Part shown: positions 9,328 to 18,125 of the stretch, in pieces
How positions within the stretch are numbered: the first letter of the stretch is position 1
Layout of the letters: every line of letters starts with the position of its first letter
Source of the DNA: Armatimonadota bacterium
Lineage (GTDB): Bacteria; Vulcanimicrobiota; JACPDT01
Length of the DNA stretch: 38,392 bases
Direction of reading: 5' to 3'
NCBI GenBank assembly: GCA_016183865.1
Contig: JACPDT010000279.1
Coordinates: 1-38,392, forward strand
Program-made: the position numbers and the translations under genes
The notes under the pieces: generated by a model
The model's database searches: none
The model's input: the letters and a program-made list of their open reading frames with translations, nothing else
What the model was told of the DNA's origin: nothing

Positions 9328-9512
9328 CACATTGATACCTCTTTCCGCGGGAAAGCGTGAAATTTCGTTCGTCGCGAGCACCTCCTTCTCCTTCTGTCGC
9401 GAGTCAGGGGCTCCTGTTCTTTCGGCTAATACTTTCTATTGAAAACTTTTGGAAATTGTTGTATAGTAGAATATGGGCATGGTGGCCGTTGTCATCGGAA
9501 GAGGGAGGATTT

Positions 9513-9887
9513 GTGTTGGAAAAGCACGGGAAGGCAGGGAAGGCGCCCTTGGAGGGCTCGATAGAGGAACGAAGGAAACACGTGCGCCTGACGAGATCGG
9601 TTCCGGTGCGTGTTGTGGATCTGGATGGCGAGATTGAGCTGCTTTCAGCGGATGTCGGCGGCGGTGGAGTCCGCCTCTTCAGCAAGGAGCCGCTCAAGGC
9701 GCGTCACAGTGTTTCCATGAAGATTTTTCTTGATGACTCAAAAGTCCCGGTCGTTGCCAAAGGCACGGTGGTCTGGGAGCGCAAGGCGGTGAGCAAGGAT
9801 CGCTACGAGGTTGGAGTTCATCTCGTGAATATGGGTACGGATGACCGGAGACGGCTGGTGGAGTTCGTGCGGCAAAACTCCGGGTAG
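9513..9887 (+). CDS. PilZ-domain protein (stand-alone)
   Basis: RRKHVR (RRxxxR motif) followed by DVGGGG (a variant of DxSxxG) and a beta-barrel-like remainder. GTG 9513 or TTG 9516 follows GGAGG (9504-9508). The tracked ORF from 9357 adds an unlikely N-terminal extension. Confidence 0.75.
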   Translation: MLEKHGKAGKAPLEGSIEERRKHVRLTRSVPVRVVDLDGEIELLSADVGGGGVRLFSKEPLKARHSVSMKIFLDDSKVPVVAKGTVVWERKAVSKDRYEVGVHLVNMGTDDRRRLVEFVRQNSG

Positions 9888-9906
9888 CTCCGCCCCCCTC
9901 CCCCAA

Positions 9907-9927
9907 CCCCTCCCGCCAGGGGAGGGG
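9907..9927. terminator. GC-rich hairpin between convergent genes (possible bidirectional terminator)
   Basis: CCCCTCCC (9907-9914) pairs with GGGAGGGG (9920-9927) across a 5-nt loop. It sits between the PilZ stop (9887) and the stop of the minus-strand gene (9932). There is no clear U-tract. Confidence 0.4.
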
Positions 9928-9931
9928 TGAG

Positions 9932-10567
9932 TCACCATTCCATACCTTCGTCACTTCCCAGCATTTGTTGGATTTTGCGATCAACGACGGCCTCCTTGTT
10001 TTTCTTTCGTTTCTGGATGCGCTCTTCCATTTTGTTGAGCTCCTCCTTCATGTCCCGCATCCGCATTTCCATTCCCTTTTGTCTTAGATCGAACAATTCA
10101 TTTACTATTTCCATGATATCTTTCCTGAGCTGTTCCTTTTTCTTGGGCTCCTGGCTCTGGCGGTAGCTTCTTGCAAGCGTCATGCTCTTGTGCTCCAGGT
10201 CGCGCTCTTTCTTGATATGCTCATAAAGTTTCGGGTTCTGACTCTTGAGGTGCTCCAGAAACCGGGCATCCTGAACCGCCCTGCCGATGATTTCCTTGAA
10301 TCGCTCAGGCTCCTGTGTCCGCAATTTCTGCAGCTCTTCATACCTTTCCGGCTCTTCCGATTTCAGCTTCTCCAGGAATTTGGCCTCATCTTCCGGAGAA
10401 GGGGGTTGAAACTGGCCTGGGGGCGGACCCGGAGGTCTTGGGGGACGGTGGTCCTTTGACTCTCGTGCAGCCAGATCAGGGGGAGGGGCCGGGGGTGGGG
10501 GCTCCTGCGCAAAGGCGGGCAGGATCAGAACGGCCAGCAAGAGACAGGTGATCAAAGGTTCTTTCAT
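9932..10567 (-). CDS. Secreted Pro-rich / charged coiled-coil periplasmic protein, third gene of the ECF sigma operon
   Basis: Signal peptide MKEPLITCLLLAVLILPAFAQE, then a poly-Pro stretch, then repeated charged helices (EPERYEELQKLRTQEPERFKE, NPKLYEHIKKERDLE). AAGGAG SD. The start lies 14 nt after the anti-sigma stop. A Spy/CpxP-like role is only a guess. Confidence 0.7.
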   Translation of the reverse strand: MKEPLITCLLLAVLILPAFAQEPPPPAPPPDLAARESKDHRPPRPPGPPPGQFQPPSPEDEAKFLEKLKSEEPERYEELQKLRTQEPERFKEIIGRAVQDARFLEHLKSQNPKLYEHIKKERDLEHKSMTLARSYRQSQEPKKKEQLRKDIMEIVNELFDLRQKGMEMRMRDMKEELNKMEERIQKRKKNKEAVVDRKIQQMLGSDEGMEW

Positions 10568-10581
10568 GGGATCGTCTCCTT

Positions 10582-11094
10582 TCAGAATGTATCCAATTGA
10601 TGAGAAACATTTCTCATTTTTTGCTCAAGGAGATAGGCGTCTCGGTAAAAGGACAGGCTACCCTCCACGAGGGGCTCGCTCTTGGATTGCGTAAACTCAC
10701 GGATTTGCTCGTGGAGGTTGTGAAGATCCGCGGTTTTCGGCTCCTCCCACGTGATGGGTGTCAGGGCCCGGGTCGGCTGCCTGTGACCATGGATCAACAC
10801 GATTCCCACAGTCACGAGAAGGACGGAAGCCAGAGCCAGGCGCAGCAGAGCCGGCCAGGGAAAGAGCCTGCGTCTTTGTCTCGCTTCTCTTGCGATGGTT
10901 TCGGAGATTCCCTGCGAGGGGCCATCCGCCTCGGGAAGACAGGCCAGCCTTGCATGGATTTCCCTGAATGCCGCCAATTCTTCTTCACAGGATGTGCAGG
11001 AAGATGTGTGGCGGACCAGCTCATCTTTCTTCTCTTCCGGCAGCTCCTCGTACACAAGGAGGACTATTCTTTCTTTCCACTCTTCGCAGCTCAT
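10582..11094 (-). CDS. Anti-sigma factor (zf-HC2 type, single TM)
   Basis: The ATG at 11094 overlaps the sigma-factor stop as ATGA. N-terminus MSCEEW...VRHTSSCTSCEEEL fits the H-x3-C-x2-C zinc motif. One TM helix, LALASVLLVTVGIVLI, is followed by a periplasmic tail. Confidence 0.8.
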   Translation of the reverse strand: MSCEEWKERIVLLVYEELPEEKKDELVRHTSSCTSCEEELAAFREIHARLACLPEADGPSQGISETIAREARQRRRLFPWPALLRLALASVLLVTVGIVLIHGHRQPTRALTPITWEEPKTADLHNLHEQIREFTQSKSEPLVEGSLSFYRDAYLLEQKMRNVSHQLDTF

Positions 11095-11612
11095 ATCGCT
11101 TCCCATTCCTTCAAGATTTTTCGCAGGTTCAAGAGTCCGTAGCGCATGCGCCCCAGGGCAGTGTTGATGGAACATCCGGTGATGCGAGCGATCTCGGAGA
11201 AGGTGAAACCTGCATATTCCGAAAGAAAAATCACAGCCCGCTGTTCCTTCGGAATCCGTTGAATGGCTTCTTCCAGACCTTGCGATTCCGACTTTGCCGC
11301 GGGTTCCGTAACATCCATAAGGCTCAATACCCCTCTGTCCTTCTTGTTCTTCCTGACCGCATCCAGCACGAGGCGATGAGCCACCCGAAAAAGGAGATGA
11401 CTGAATTTCTCCTGAGGTTTGTACTGCGGCAGAAAACGTATGATGCGCAAAAACGTTTCCTGAAACAGCTCCTCAGCCAGTCGCCGGTCCTGCACGCACT
11501 TCACGAGCCAGGAGAACAGTCTTCTCCGATACCGTTGGTATAAATCGTCAAAGGCCCTGTCATCGCCGGAGAGATAATTCTGGATCAGGATGTCATCATC
11601 ATTGGAAGACAC
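11091..11612 (-). CDS. ECF-type RNA polymerase sigma-70 factor
   Basis: Region 2 (FDDLYQRYRRRLFSWL...AEELFQETFLRI) and region 4 (IPKEQRAVIFLSEYAGFTFSEIARITGCSINTALGRMRYG). GTG start with AAGGAG 6 nt upstream. Confidence 0.9.
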   Translation of the reverse strand: MSSNDDDILIQNYLSGDDRAFDDLYQRYRRRLFSWLVKCVQDRRLAEELFQETFLRIIRFLPQYKPQEKFSHLLFRVAHRLVLDAVRKNKKDRGVLSLMDVTEPAAKSESQGLEEAIQRIPKEQRAVIFLSEYAGFTFSEIARITGCSINTALGRMRYGLLNLRKILKEWEAI

Positions 11613-11678
11613 AGTGATCTCCTTGTTATCTGAGAGAGTTAACGAAAAAAGGGGGGAGATTATTGTGTTGGCTTTCGC

Positions 11679-12647
11679 TTACCACCAATATTTTTCGAAA
11701 AAGCCCTTTGCGATGCGCCGCATTTCGTTTCGAAGAGGCTGCGGCTCCAGGACTTCCGCTTCATCTCCGAATGCCAGAACCCAGGGGAGGAGCTCCTGCC
11801 AGTGATTCACCGTCAGGGTGAGGATGGATGCGCCTTCCTCCTTCGGCTGAACCTCGGCCGCCATCTCCCTCCCGTAGGTCGAGAAACCCCTCCGGGTGAC
11901 CAGCAGGCGAACGCGTTCCCGCTCAGGCTTCGGGAATCCCCAGATGTCGTGAAGGGCTGAACGGTAGTTGAATTCGACAGGCGGGGTGAAAAGGTCTTCC
12001 GTCTCGAGGGTGTCGCAGACCGCCTTCCCCTTGATGGTCCGTATCCTGTCAAGCTGCGGAACATAGGCAACCAGGCTGGTTTCGCCCCGGTGAAAGACAA
12101 GGAGCAAGGGATGGCAGGTCTTCCACACCAGTTGAGAGGTGGATTCACCTGTGGTGAGGAGCTTTACCGTCTTATGTGAGGAAATCCCCGTTTCCAGCCT
12201 CTCATAGGACTCCTGAGAGAAAGGTCCGTCCATGGAGGCCAGCAGTTGCTGCGAGACCTCCTTGGGACCGGAATCCCATAAGGTCTCGAAAGAAACGGGG
12301 AATGCCGACTTGAGCTTCTTTACCAGGTTCTCATAGCTTGACTTGTATGGGGCCGTTCGCTTCTTTCCCCTCGCCCTGGAGGGGGCTTCCACGATCTCCG
12401 CCAGGAGTAGAACCTCCTGAAAGCTGAGTCTCAGCGGACTTATGGGAAGCTCCGGGAGAATCCGGTAAGTGCCGTCGAAATAGATGGGTACATGGGAAAG
12501 GGACAAACGACGTAAGTCGTGGAAGATGGTCTCCCTGCTTTCGCCGGTTTCCTGCGCAAGGGACTCCAGGCGCCATTGCTTTCCTTCGCAGGGAAAGGTC
12601 AGAAGCTCCAGAATTCTTAACCTGCGCCGTCGGGAACTCATGCTCAC
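11679..12647 (-). CDS. HTH-WYL-domain transcriptional regulator with C-terminal extension (WYL-1)
   Basis: N-terminal wHTH (RRLRILELL...LAQETGESRETIFHDLRRL). WYL-like core (HPLLLVFHRGETSLVAYVPQLDRIRTIKGKAV). C-terminal LPWVLAFGDEAEVLEPQPLRNEM, typical of the WCX tail of PafBC-like regulators. Confidence 0.85.
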   Translation of the reverse strand: MSMSSRRRRLRILELLTFPCEGKQWRLESLAQETGESRETIFHDLRRLSLSHVPIYFDGTYRILPELPISPLRLSFQEVLLLAEIVEAPSRARGKKRTAPYKSSYENLVKKLKSAFPVSFETLWDSGPKEVSQQLLASMDGPFSQESYERLETGISSHKTVKLLTTGESTSQLVWKTCHPLLLVFHRGETSLVAYVPQLDRIRTIKGKAVCDTLETEDLFTPPVEFNYRSALHDIWGFPKPERERVRLLVTRRGFSTYGREMAAEVQPKEEGASILTLTVNHWQELLPWVLAFGDEAEVLEPQPLRNEMRRIAKGFFEKYWW

Positions 12648-12700
12648 TTTATTCCAGTATTTTCACAAGACTCCTGTTTCCCCGGCGACAGGGCGAGGAA

Positions 12701-14341
12701 ATGGATTATTTGATCTTCAAGGCTCTCGCGGAAAACCTCCAGTCCGCCTGGGCGGGGGCGCGGATCGTGAGAGTCACATCTTCCGGACCAAAGAGCTTCT
12801 CTTTCCAGCTCCTCTCGGGAAAGAACAGGAGGACCCTGCTTTTTTCTCTTGAGGGGCTTATGCCCAGATTTCATCTTCTTTCGGAGGCGCCACGAGGCAC
12901 GGAGATCGCTCCTCCTTTTCTCCTCTTGTGCAGGAAATTCATCGAGGGCGCCAGGCTCAAGCTGTGTGAGGTTTCCCCTCTCCAGCGGGTCCTCGTTGTG
13001 ACCCTGGAGACAAGGGATCTGATCAGGGGGCTTGTGCCGTACAAGCTTGTTTTTGAGGTAATGGGCAAGCAGTCATCCCTTGTGTTGGCAAACTTTGATG
13101 GAAAGATTTTGGGGAGCGTCTTCATCAGGGCGGATGAGCGATTGGAGGCAGGGCGGGATTATCAGGTTCCAGTGCTCTCCGGGGAGCGAAATGTATGGAC
13201 CCGGGACGTGGAGCGTTTCTCCCGCGTCTTGAGAGACCGCCGCGGGGACCTTGCGAAGACTCTGTCCTCGAGTTTTTGGGGAATCTCCAGGACCCACTGG
13301 GATGCTCTCCTTCTTTCGGTTTCAGGATTTCTTTCGCCGGAATTCCTGGATGAGTCGGAGATTCAGGCATTGTGGAGGGAAGTTTCCGGACTTCTCGATC
13401 GTCCCTTTCCAGGGGCCTGGCTTGTCCCCTCGGAGACTCCGGGGGCATGGGAAATAACATTACTTCCCATGCCCGGACGGGAGGGAAGAGTTTTTCCAGA
13501 CATTCACACAGCCCTGGAGGCATGGTTTTCCGAGAGGGACGAGGCGGAGAGGGTCCGGCGTCTTCGTGACAGCCTCTTGCGAGCCCTTTCGCGGACCTCC
13601 GACAGGCTGAACCGCAAATATGAAGCCAGAAAAAAGGAGGAGGAACGCCTTTTCGCAGCGGAGGCCCTCAAGGGGGAGGCCATGGAGCTGATCGCCTCTC
13701 TTTCGGAAATTGATCCGGCTCTCCTCAGGGAGACCTCCGCAAGAGCCCAGGCACTTTTCAAGCAATACAAACGGGCTCGTGCCGTGTCGGGATCGGTGGA
13801 GGCACGGCTCGCGAGCGTCCTACAGGAGATGAAATATGTGGATTCTCTCCGTCACTTTGTGGGCCAGGGGGATGACCGGACCCTTCTGGAAGACATGGAG
13901 GAGGAGCTGCAGGAGCGCGGCTATGTGCCGCGGCCTGGCGGGGGGGCACGTACCAGAGAAAGAAAATCTTCCTTCCGATGTTACGAATCAAAGGACGGGC
14001 ACCGGATCTGCGTAGGGCGAAGCAACAGGGAGAATGAGGCTCTTCTCCATGAATCCACCGGCCCTCGCGATTTGTGGTTCCATACGCGAAACATGCCTGG
14101 AAGTCATGTGATCCTGAAACTTTCCGGCAGAGAGCGCGTGCCGCCCGAGCTGATCGAGCTCTGCGCCAGGATTGCCGCTCATTACAGCAAAGGGAGAGGA
14201 TCTCTGGTGGAGGTGGACTTCACGGAGAGAAAATATGTAAGGAAGCCGAGAGGGTCTCCCCCCGGCTTCGTTCTCTACCACAATGCAAGGACCGTCAGAG
14301 TGTCGTCAGGCGATTTCTCTGCTCATGTGACGACCGTGTAA
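12701..14341 (+). CDS. rqcH: RqcH / NFACT-family ribosome quality-control protein (Rqc2 homologue; FbpA-like)
   Basis: NFACT-N-like N-terminus (..LVFEVMGKQSSLVL..), a central coiled coil, and a C-terminal NFACT-R/DUF814 motif (GHRICVGRSNRENEALL....DLWFHTRNMPGSHVILK). The ATG lies 53 nt from the divergent WYL gene. Confidence 0.85.
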   Translation: MDYLIFKALAENLQSAWAGARIVRVTSSGPKSFSFQLLSGKNRRTLLFSLEGLMPRFHLLSEAPRGTEIAPPFLLLCRKFIEGARLKLCEVSPLQRVLVVTLETRDLIRGLVPYKLVFEVMGKQSSLVLANFDGKILGSVFIRADERLEAGRDYQVPVLSGERNVWTRDVERFSRVLRDRRGDLAKTLSSSFWGISRTHWDALLLSVSGFLSPEFLDESEIQALWREVSGLLDRPFPGAWLVPSETPGAWEITLLPMPGREGRVFPDIHTALEAWFSERDEAERVRRLRDSLLRALSRTSDRLNRKYEARKKEEERLFAAEALKGEAMELIASLSEIDPALLRETSARAQALFKQYKRARAVSGSVEARLASVLQEMKYVDSLRHFVGQGDDRTLLEDMEEELQERGYVPRPGGGARTRERKSSFRCYESKDGHRICVGRSNRENEALLHESTGPRDLWFHTRNMPGSHVILKLSGRERVPPELIELCARIAAHYSKGRGSLVEVDFTERKYVRKPRGSPPGFVLYHNARTVRVSSGDFSAHVTTV

Positions 14342-14961
14342 ACCATTTCCAATTTTCCCACTCGAATCTTGTCCCCTGAATTGAGGGGCTGAGGGGCGCC
14401 CTTGGAAAGCCGCATGTTGTTCACAAAGGTCCCATTGGAAGATCCCAGATCCTCCAGGGCGTACTGGTCGTCCTTCAGAGAGAACTGGGCATGTTTCCTG
14501 GAGATATAGGCATCCTTGTCCTCTTCCGTCAGGTCCACGTCAGGGAAGACTCCGTCTGCAGGGCTTTGGCGGCCGACGAGGACGACCTCCTTCTCCAGGG
14601 GAAATTCCTTGTTCGTTGCCGTAACGACCAGTCTTGCTTTCAGGGAAGGGACGACAGCCCCTTCTCCTCCCCCTTGAGGGGGGAGGCCGGGTGGGGGAGC
14701 GGTCGCCTCCGCCGAAACCGCCGTCGCGACTCCAAGAGCTGCCCCGCAGTCCGAGCAATAGGCTTCCCCTGCCTCGTTTTTCGCGCCGCATGCGCCACAC
14801 TGGACTGTTCCCCCAGTTGCCGCAGGAGGAGGTGGGGGAGGAGGAGGCGGTGCAGCTCCTTCCGTCATCGTAGCTACAGTCCCCGCCGCCAGTTTGGCCC
14901 CGCAATCTTCGCAGTAGGCGGCGCCTTCAATATTATCCGATCCGCAACTCGGGCATTTCAT
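14323..14961 (-). CDS. Double zinc-ribbon + FHA-domain protein
   Basis: Two CxxC..CxxCG ribbons (MKCPSCGSD..CEDCGAKL; CGACGAKN..CSDCGAAL) are separated by a poly-Pro stretch. The C-terminal FHA is VLVGR....D..L.....ISRKHA.F.......LEDLGSSNGTFVN. Its 3' end overlaps rqcH convergently by 19 nt. Confidence 0.9.
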   Translation of the reverse strand: MKCPSCGSDNIEGAAYCEDCGAKLAAGTVATMTEGAAPPPPPPPPPAATGGTVQCGACGAKNEAGEAYCSDCGAALGVATAVSAEATAPPPGLPPQGGGEGAVVPSLKARLVVTATNKEFPLEKEVVLVGRQSPADGVFPDVDLTEEDKDAYISRKHAQFSLKDDQYALEDLGSSNGTFVNNMRLSKGAPQPLNSGDKIRVGKLEMVYTVVT

Positions 14962-14997
14962 ATGGTCTCAGCCTCCTTAGCCTTTATTATAATAAGA

Positions 14998-16284
14998 TCA
15001 GGGTTTCGGATTTTGGATCATTGTCTCATCCAGCAATTGGGTCAATTTTCTAGTGCCGTATTCCAGTTTCTTGGTTCCTGCCGCAGAGGCAGTCCCGCCT
15101 TTTTCGAGCCTTGCCGCTTCTTCCTTGAAGGTATTGGCGAGGTCGGACTGGCCCCGATCCAGCAGAGTCGTCGCGGCGGAGCGCAGCAATTGCGTCGCTT
15201 TGCCGGTTTCCCCGGACTGGACCAATTCCAGGGCCTTGGTTTGCTGCTTGAACACGCTCACAAGATCCACGATATTCATCACTTCACCGTCCACCATGCC
15301 CGCCAGAGCCGCATCGCTCGTATAGTTGACGACTACATCGGCCGAGACCGTGTCTCCCGCCCGTCTTTGGGAGAGGATGTCGTATGCAACCTGCACCTGG
15401 GCGATGCGAAAGGTTCCCGATGGGCGGGATGGAAGGACCAGCTCGCACAGAATGGATTGGGGCTCGTTTTTCTGAAGATCGCTGAGCTTCACGGTCATGG
15501 TTCGGTCCGAAAGAGCCGGCGCCCCCATGTCATTGATCAATGGCTTCACTTTGAAGACCCTTCGCACCTGGATGTCTTTGCTCACTTTGAGCTTGAGCTG
15601 AATATTCTGGACCACAACGGACTGGACCCCTCTCAATTCCTGGGCAAAAATCTGGGGTATGTCTCTCGGGTCATCAATGTAATAAGACTTTCCGCCTGAG
15701 AGCTCAGCGATCCGGATCAGGAGCTTTTCGTTGAAGTCACTGCCGACCCCCATGGTCGAGAAAGAGAGCCCTCTCGATGTTCCGCCTCTTGCCCGATCTA
15801 TGCACTCGTCCTCATGCAGCGTCAAGCCGTCTGTGAGAAGAACCACGTGATTCACCTTGTCCGGCGCGAGGTGTTTCTCCACCTCATCAATGGCGGCGCG
15901 GATACCCCTGTTCATCTCCGTCCCGCCTCCGACGTCCACGTCGTCAATTCTCTGGATCATTCGCTTGACCCCGCCCTTGTCAAAAATTTGCTGGGAGGGG
16001 ATCATGACCCGGGCCCTGTCGGCAAAAGCTATAATGGAAACCAGATCCTCAGGGCGAAGCTGGTCCACGACATACTGGACAGCCTGTTTCACATAATCAA
16101 TTTTTTCCGCCGCATACATGGAGCCGCTCTTGTCCAGAACCAGCGCCATATTCAGGGCAGCTTCGGCGAAGGACGTCTGACCTGAAGGACTGATTTCCAA
16201 AAGCAGATAGACCAGCTTGTTCTCACTGGATACGAGCACATTGCTGTAGCTCAGCCTTGGCGCCAGATTCACTTCCTGTGACAT
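14998..16284 (-). CDS. von Willebrand factor type A (vWA) protein, TerY-like, with ~200-aa C-terminal extension
   Basis: MIDAS residues are intact: LVLDKSGSM (DxSxS), GGGTEM (Thr) and VLLTDGLT (Asp). Confidence 0.9.
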   Translation of the reverse strand: MSQEVNLAPRLSYSNVLVSSENKLVYLLLEISPSGQTSFAEAALNMALVLDKSGSMYAAEKIDYVKQAVQYVVDQLRPEDLVSIIAFADRARVMIPSQQIFDKGGVKRMIQRIDDVDVGGGTEMNRGIRAAIDEVEKHLAPDKVNHVVLLTDGLTLHEDECIDRARGGTSRGLSFSTMGVGSDFNEKLLIRIAELSGGKSYYIDDPRDIPQIFAQELRGVQSVVVQNIQLKLKVSKDIQVRRVFKVKPLINDMGAPALSDRTMTVKLSDLQKNEPQSILCELVLPSRPSGTFRIAQVQVAYDILSQRRAGDTVSADVVVNYTSDAALAGMVDGEVMNIVDLVSVFKQQTKALELVQSGETGKATQLLRSAATTLLDRGQSDLANTFKEEAARLEKGGTASAAGTKKLEYGTRKLTQLLDETMIQNPKP

Positions 16285-16315
16285 GTGGTCTTACCTCCTA
16301 CATTGGTCAATACTG

Positions 16316-18109
16316 CTATCCCTGCTCGCAATGAAGGACAATCACCGTGATGTTGTCATTGCCGCCGCGCTCGTTGGCGATGCGGATCAGCTCGTCGGCG
16401 ATATCGTTCGGTTGTTTCTTCTTTTCGATCACCGAAGCCAGCTCACCTTCTCCCAGGTATTCCCAGAGTCCGTCGGAGCACAGAACCAGCCATGAAGAGG
16501 GGACAGGCTGGAAATCAAAAACATCCACCTCCACTTTCTCACTCGTTCCAATGGCACGGTAGATCAGACTTCTCTGAGGTGAACGAAGGGCCTCCTCCCA
16601 AGTGAGCTGTCCCATTTTCACGAGGCGCGATACCAGGGAATGGTCTTCCGTGAGCTGGCGGGTCTCGCTTCCATGGATCATGTATCCCCTGCTGTCTCCC
16701 ACATGAGCGCCCCAGAAATGGAAACCATTCGTCAGGAGGACCGTCATGGTTGAGCCCATTCCCTTTCGGGCAGGGTCTCCCAGGGAGTATCGGTAAACAG
16801 CAGCGTTGGCGGCTTCCACTGCCTCTCTCAGGCTTTTCCGGACTTCCTGACCGTCCTCGAAGGGGTCTTCATGGGGGACCTCGGGGCCCATCATCCTGCT
16901 CAACAGCTCCGTGACCAGGGTGCGAATTCCCAGATTGCTCGCCTTGTCCCCTTCCGCCTCTCCCCCCATCCCATCGGCGACCACGTAAAGTCTGAGGCGC
17001 CGAAGGTCGGAGCGGACGTTGTAAGCCTTCTCCAGAGATGCAAAAGAGTCCTGATTGACGGAGCGAACCTGACCGATATCGGTTCTCGAAGCAACGGCAA
17101 AGGACAGGGGCTTCTCCAACGGCGGCATTTCGGCGGACGCCGCCGCAGCCGTGACGAGAGCCTCCTCGAATTCCCGGGTATCCTTGAACCTCTTTTGGGG
17201 GTTCTTTTCGACTGCCTTCTGAATACATTTTTCCAGAGAGCGGGAAACATTCAGATTCAGGGAAGCCAGGGACGGGAGGGAGAACAGCCCCTCACGGTTT
17301 GCGGAGACCTTGTAATTGGAAAGCATCTGAAACAGAACCAATCCCAGGCTGTAAATGTCTGAGCGCACATCAACATGACCATCGCCGACTCCGTAAGCCT
17401 CAGGTGCGGAGAAGCCATCCGGCGAAACCCAGCGGCGACGATCGGCCTCTTCGGTTAGACAGGATTCTTCAAAACCTCCGAGACAGGCCTTCCCATCAGG
17501 GGTCAGAAAAATCAGGGAAGGAGCAATGTTCCTGTGGAGAATGTTTCGTTCGTGGAGAACTCGAAGGCCCTGACACAATTGTATGCCGAGTGAGGCGACT
17601 TCTTTCTCGCTTTTGGGGCCCGATGTCTCCAGGATCGTCTTCAGAGTCGGACCTTCCACAAAGCTTGTGACCAGATAGCTTCGGCCGTTGGTGCGGAGAT
17701 AGTCCTCTACCCTGACAAGGTTGGGATGATTCAGGTCTTTGAAGAGGCGATACACTTCCGAGGCTTCCTGCTGCTCTCTCACAAGGACCTTCTTTCCGAG
17801 AGCGCGCGAATTCTCAGCCAGATAGAGGTTGGTGGTCCCTGTTTCCAGCACTTGAACCACCTTGTAGCTCACATCTATGGGTGCCCCTTCTCCCAGGGGA
17901 GGGAGCGCAGAGGGAGGGGGAGGGGACTCCGCCATAGACGCGCCGCAATCCTGGCAATACTCCGTGTTCTGCGGGTTGACCTTTCCGCACTGGCTGCATG
18001 TGACTCCATTCTCCACGGGAGTGGCGAGAGGTGTGCCGCAATGTTCGCAGAATTTCGCATCAAGGAAGTTTTCCTTCCGGCAACTGGTACACTTCATTTT
18101 TTCTCTCAC
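16316..18109 (-). CDS. Double zinc-ribbon - pseudokinase - PP2C Ser/Thr phosphatase fusion
   Basis: N-terminal CxxC..CxxCG x2 followed by a poly-Pro stretch. The kinase-like domain has degenerate catalytic motifs: VLVRE for VAIK, HRNIAPSL for HRDLKPxN, GGFEE for DFG. C-terminal PP2C motifs: RSVNQDSF, VVADGMGGE, GSTMTV, VGDSRGY, CSDGLW, GGNDNITV. Confidence 0.9.
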   Translation of the reverse strand: MREKMKCTSCRKENFLDAKFCEHCGTPLATPVENGVTCSQCGKVNPQNTEYCQDCGASMAESPPPPSALPPLGEGAPIDVSYKVVQVLETGTTNLYLAENSRALGKKVLVREQQEASEVYRLFKDLNHPNLVRVEDYLRTNGRSYLVTSFVEGPTLKTILETSGPKSEKEVASLGIQLCQGLRVLHERNILHRNIAPSLIFLTPDGKACLGGFEESCLTEEADRRRWVSPDGFSAPEAYGVGDGHVDVRSDIYSLGLVLFQMLSNYKVSANREGLFSLPSLASLNLNVSRSLEKCIQKAVEKNPQKRFKDTREFEEALVTAAAASAEMPPLEKPLSFAVASRTDIGQVRSVNQDSFASLEKAYNVRSDLRRLRLYVVADGMGGEAEGDKASNLGIRTLVTELLSRMMGPEVPHEDPFEDGQEVRKSLREAVEAANAAVYRYSLGDPARKGMGSTMTVLLTNGFHFWGAHVGDSRGYMIHGSETRQLTEDHSLVSRLVKMGQLTWEEALRSPQRSLIYRAIGTSEKVEVDVFDFQPVPSSWLVLCSDGLWEYLGEGELASVIEKKKQPNDIADELIRIANERGGNDNITVIVLHCEQG

Positions 18110-18125
18110 CTCACCGCTCTTTTAC

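Noticed and set aside
11613-11678. Searched for an autoregulated ECF promoter (GGAAC ... CGT) upstream of the sigma-factor gene
   Set aside because: Only a CGTTAA element was found, with an AAC about 23 nt upstream. That spacing does not fit the ECF consensus, so no promoter is claimed.
14491-15699. 402-aa plus-strand ORF
   Set aside because: It is antisense to the FHA and vWA genes, both of which have unambiguous domain motifs. The translation is low-complexity and Arg-rich.
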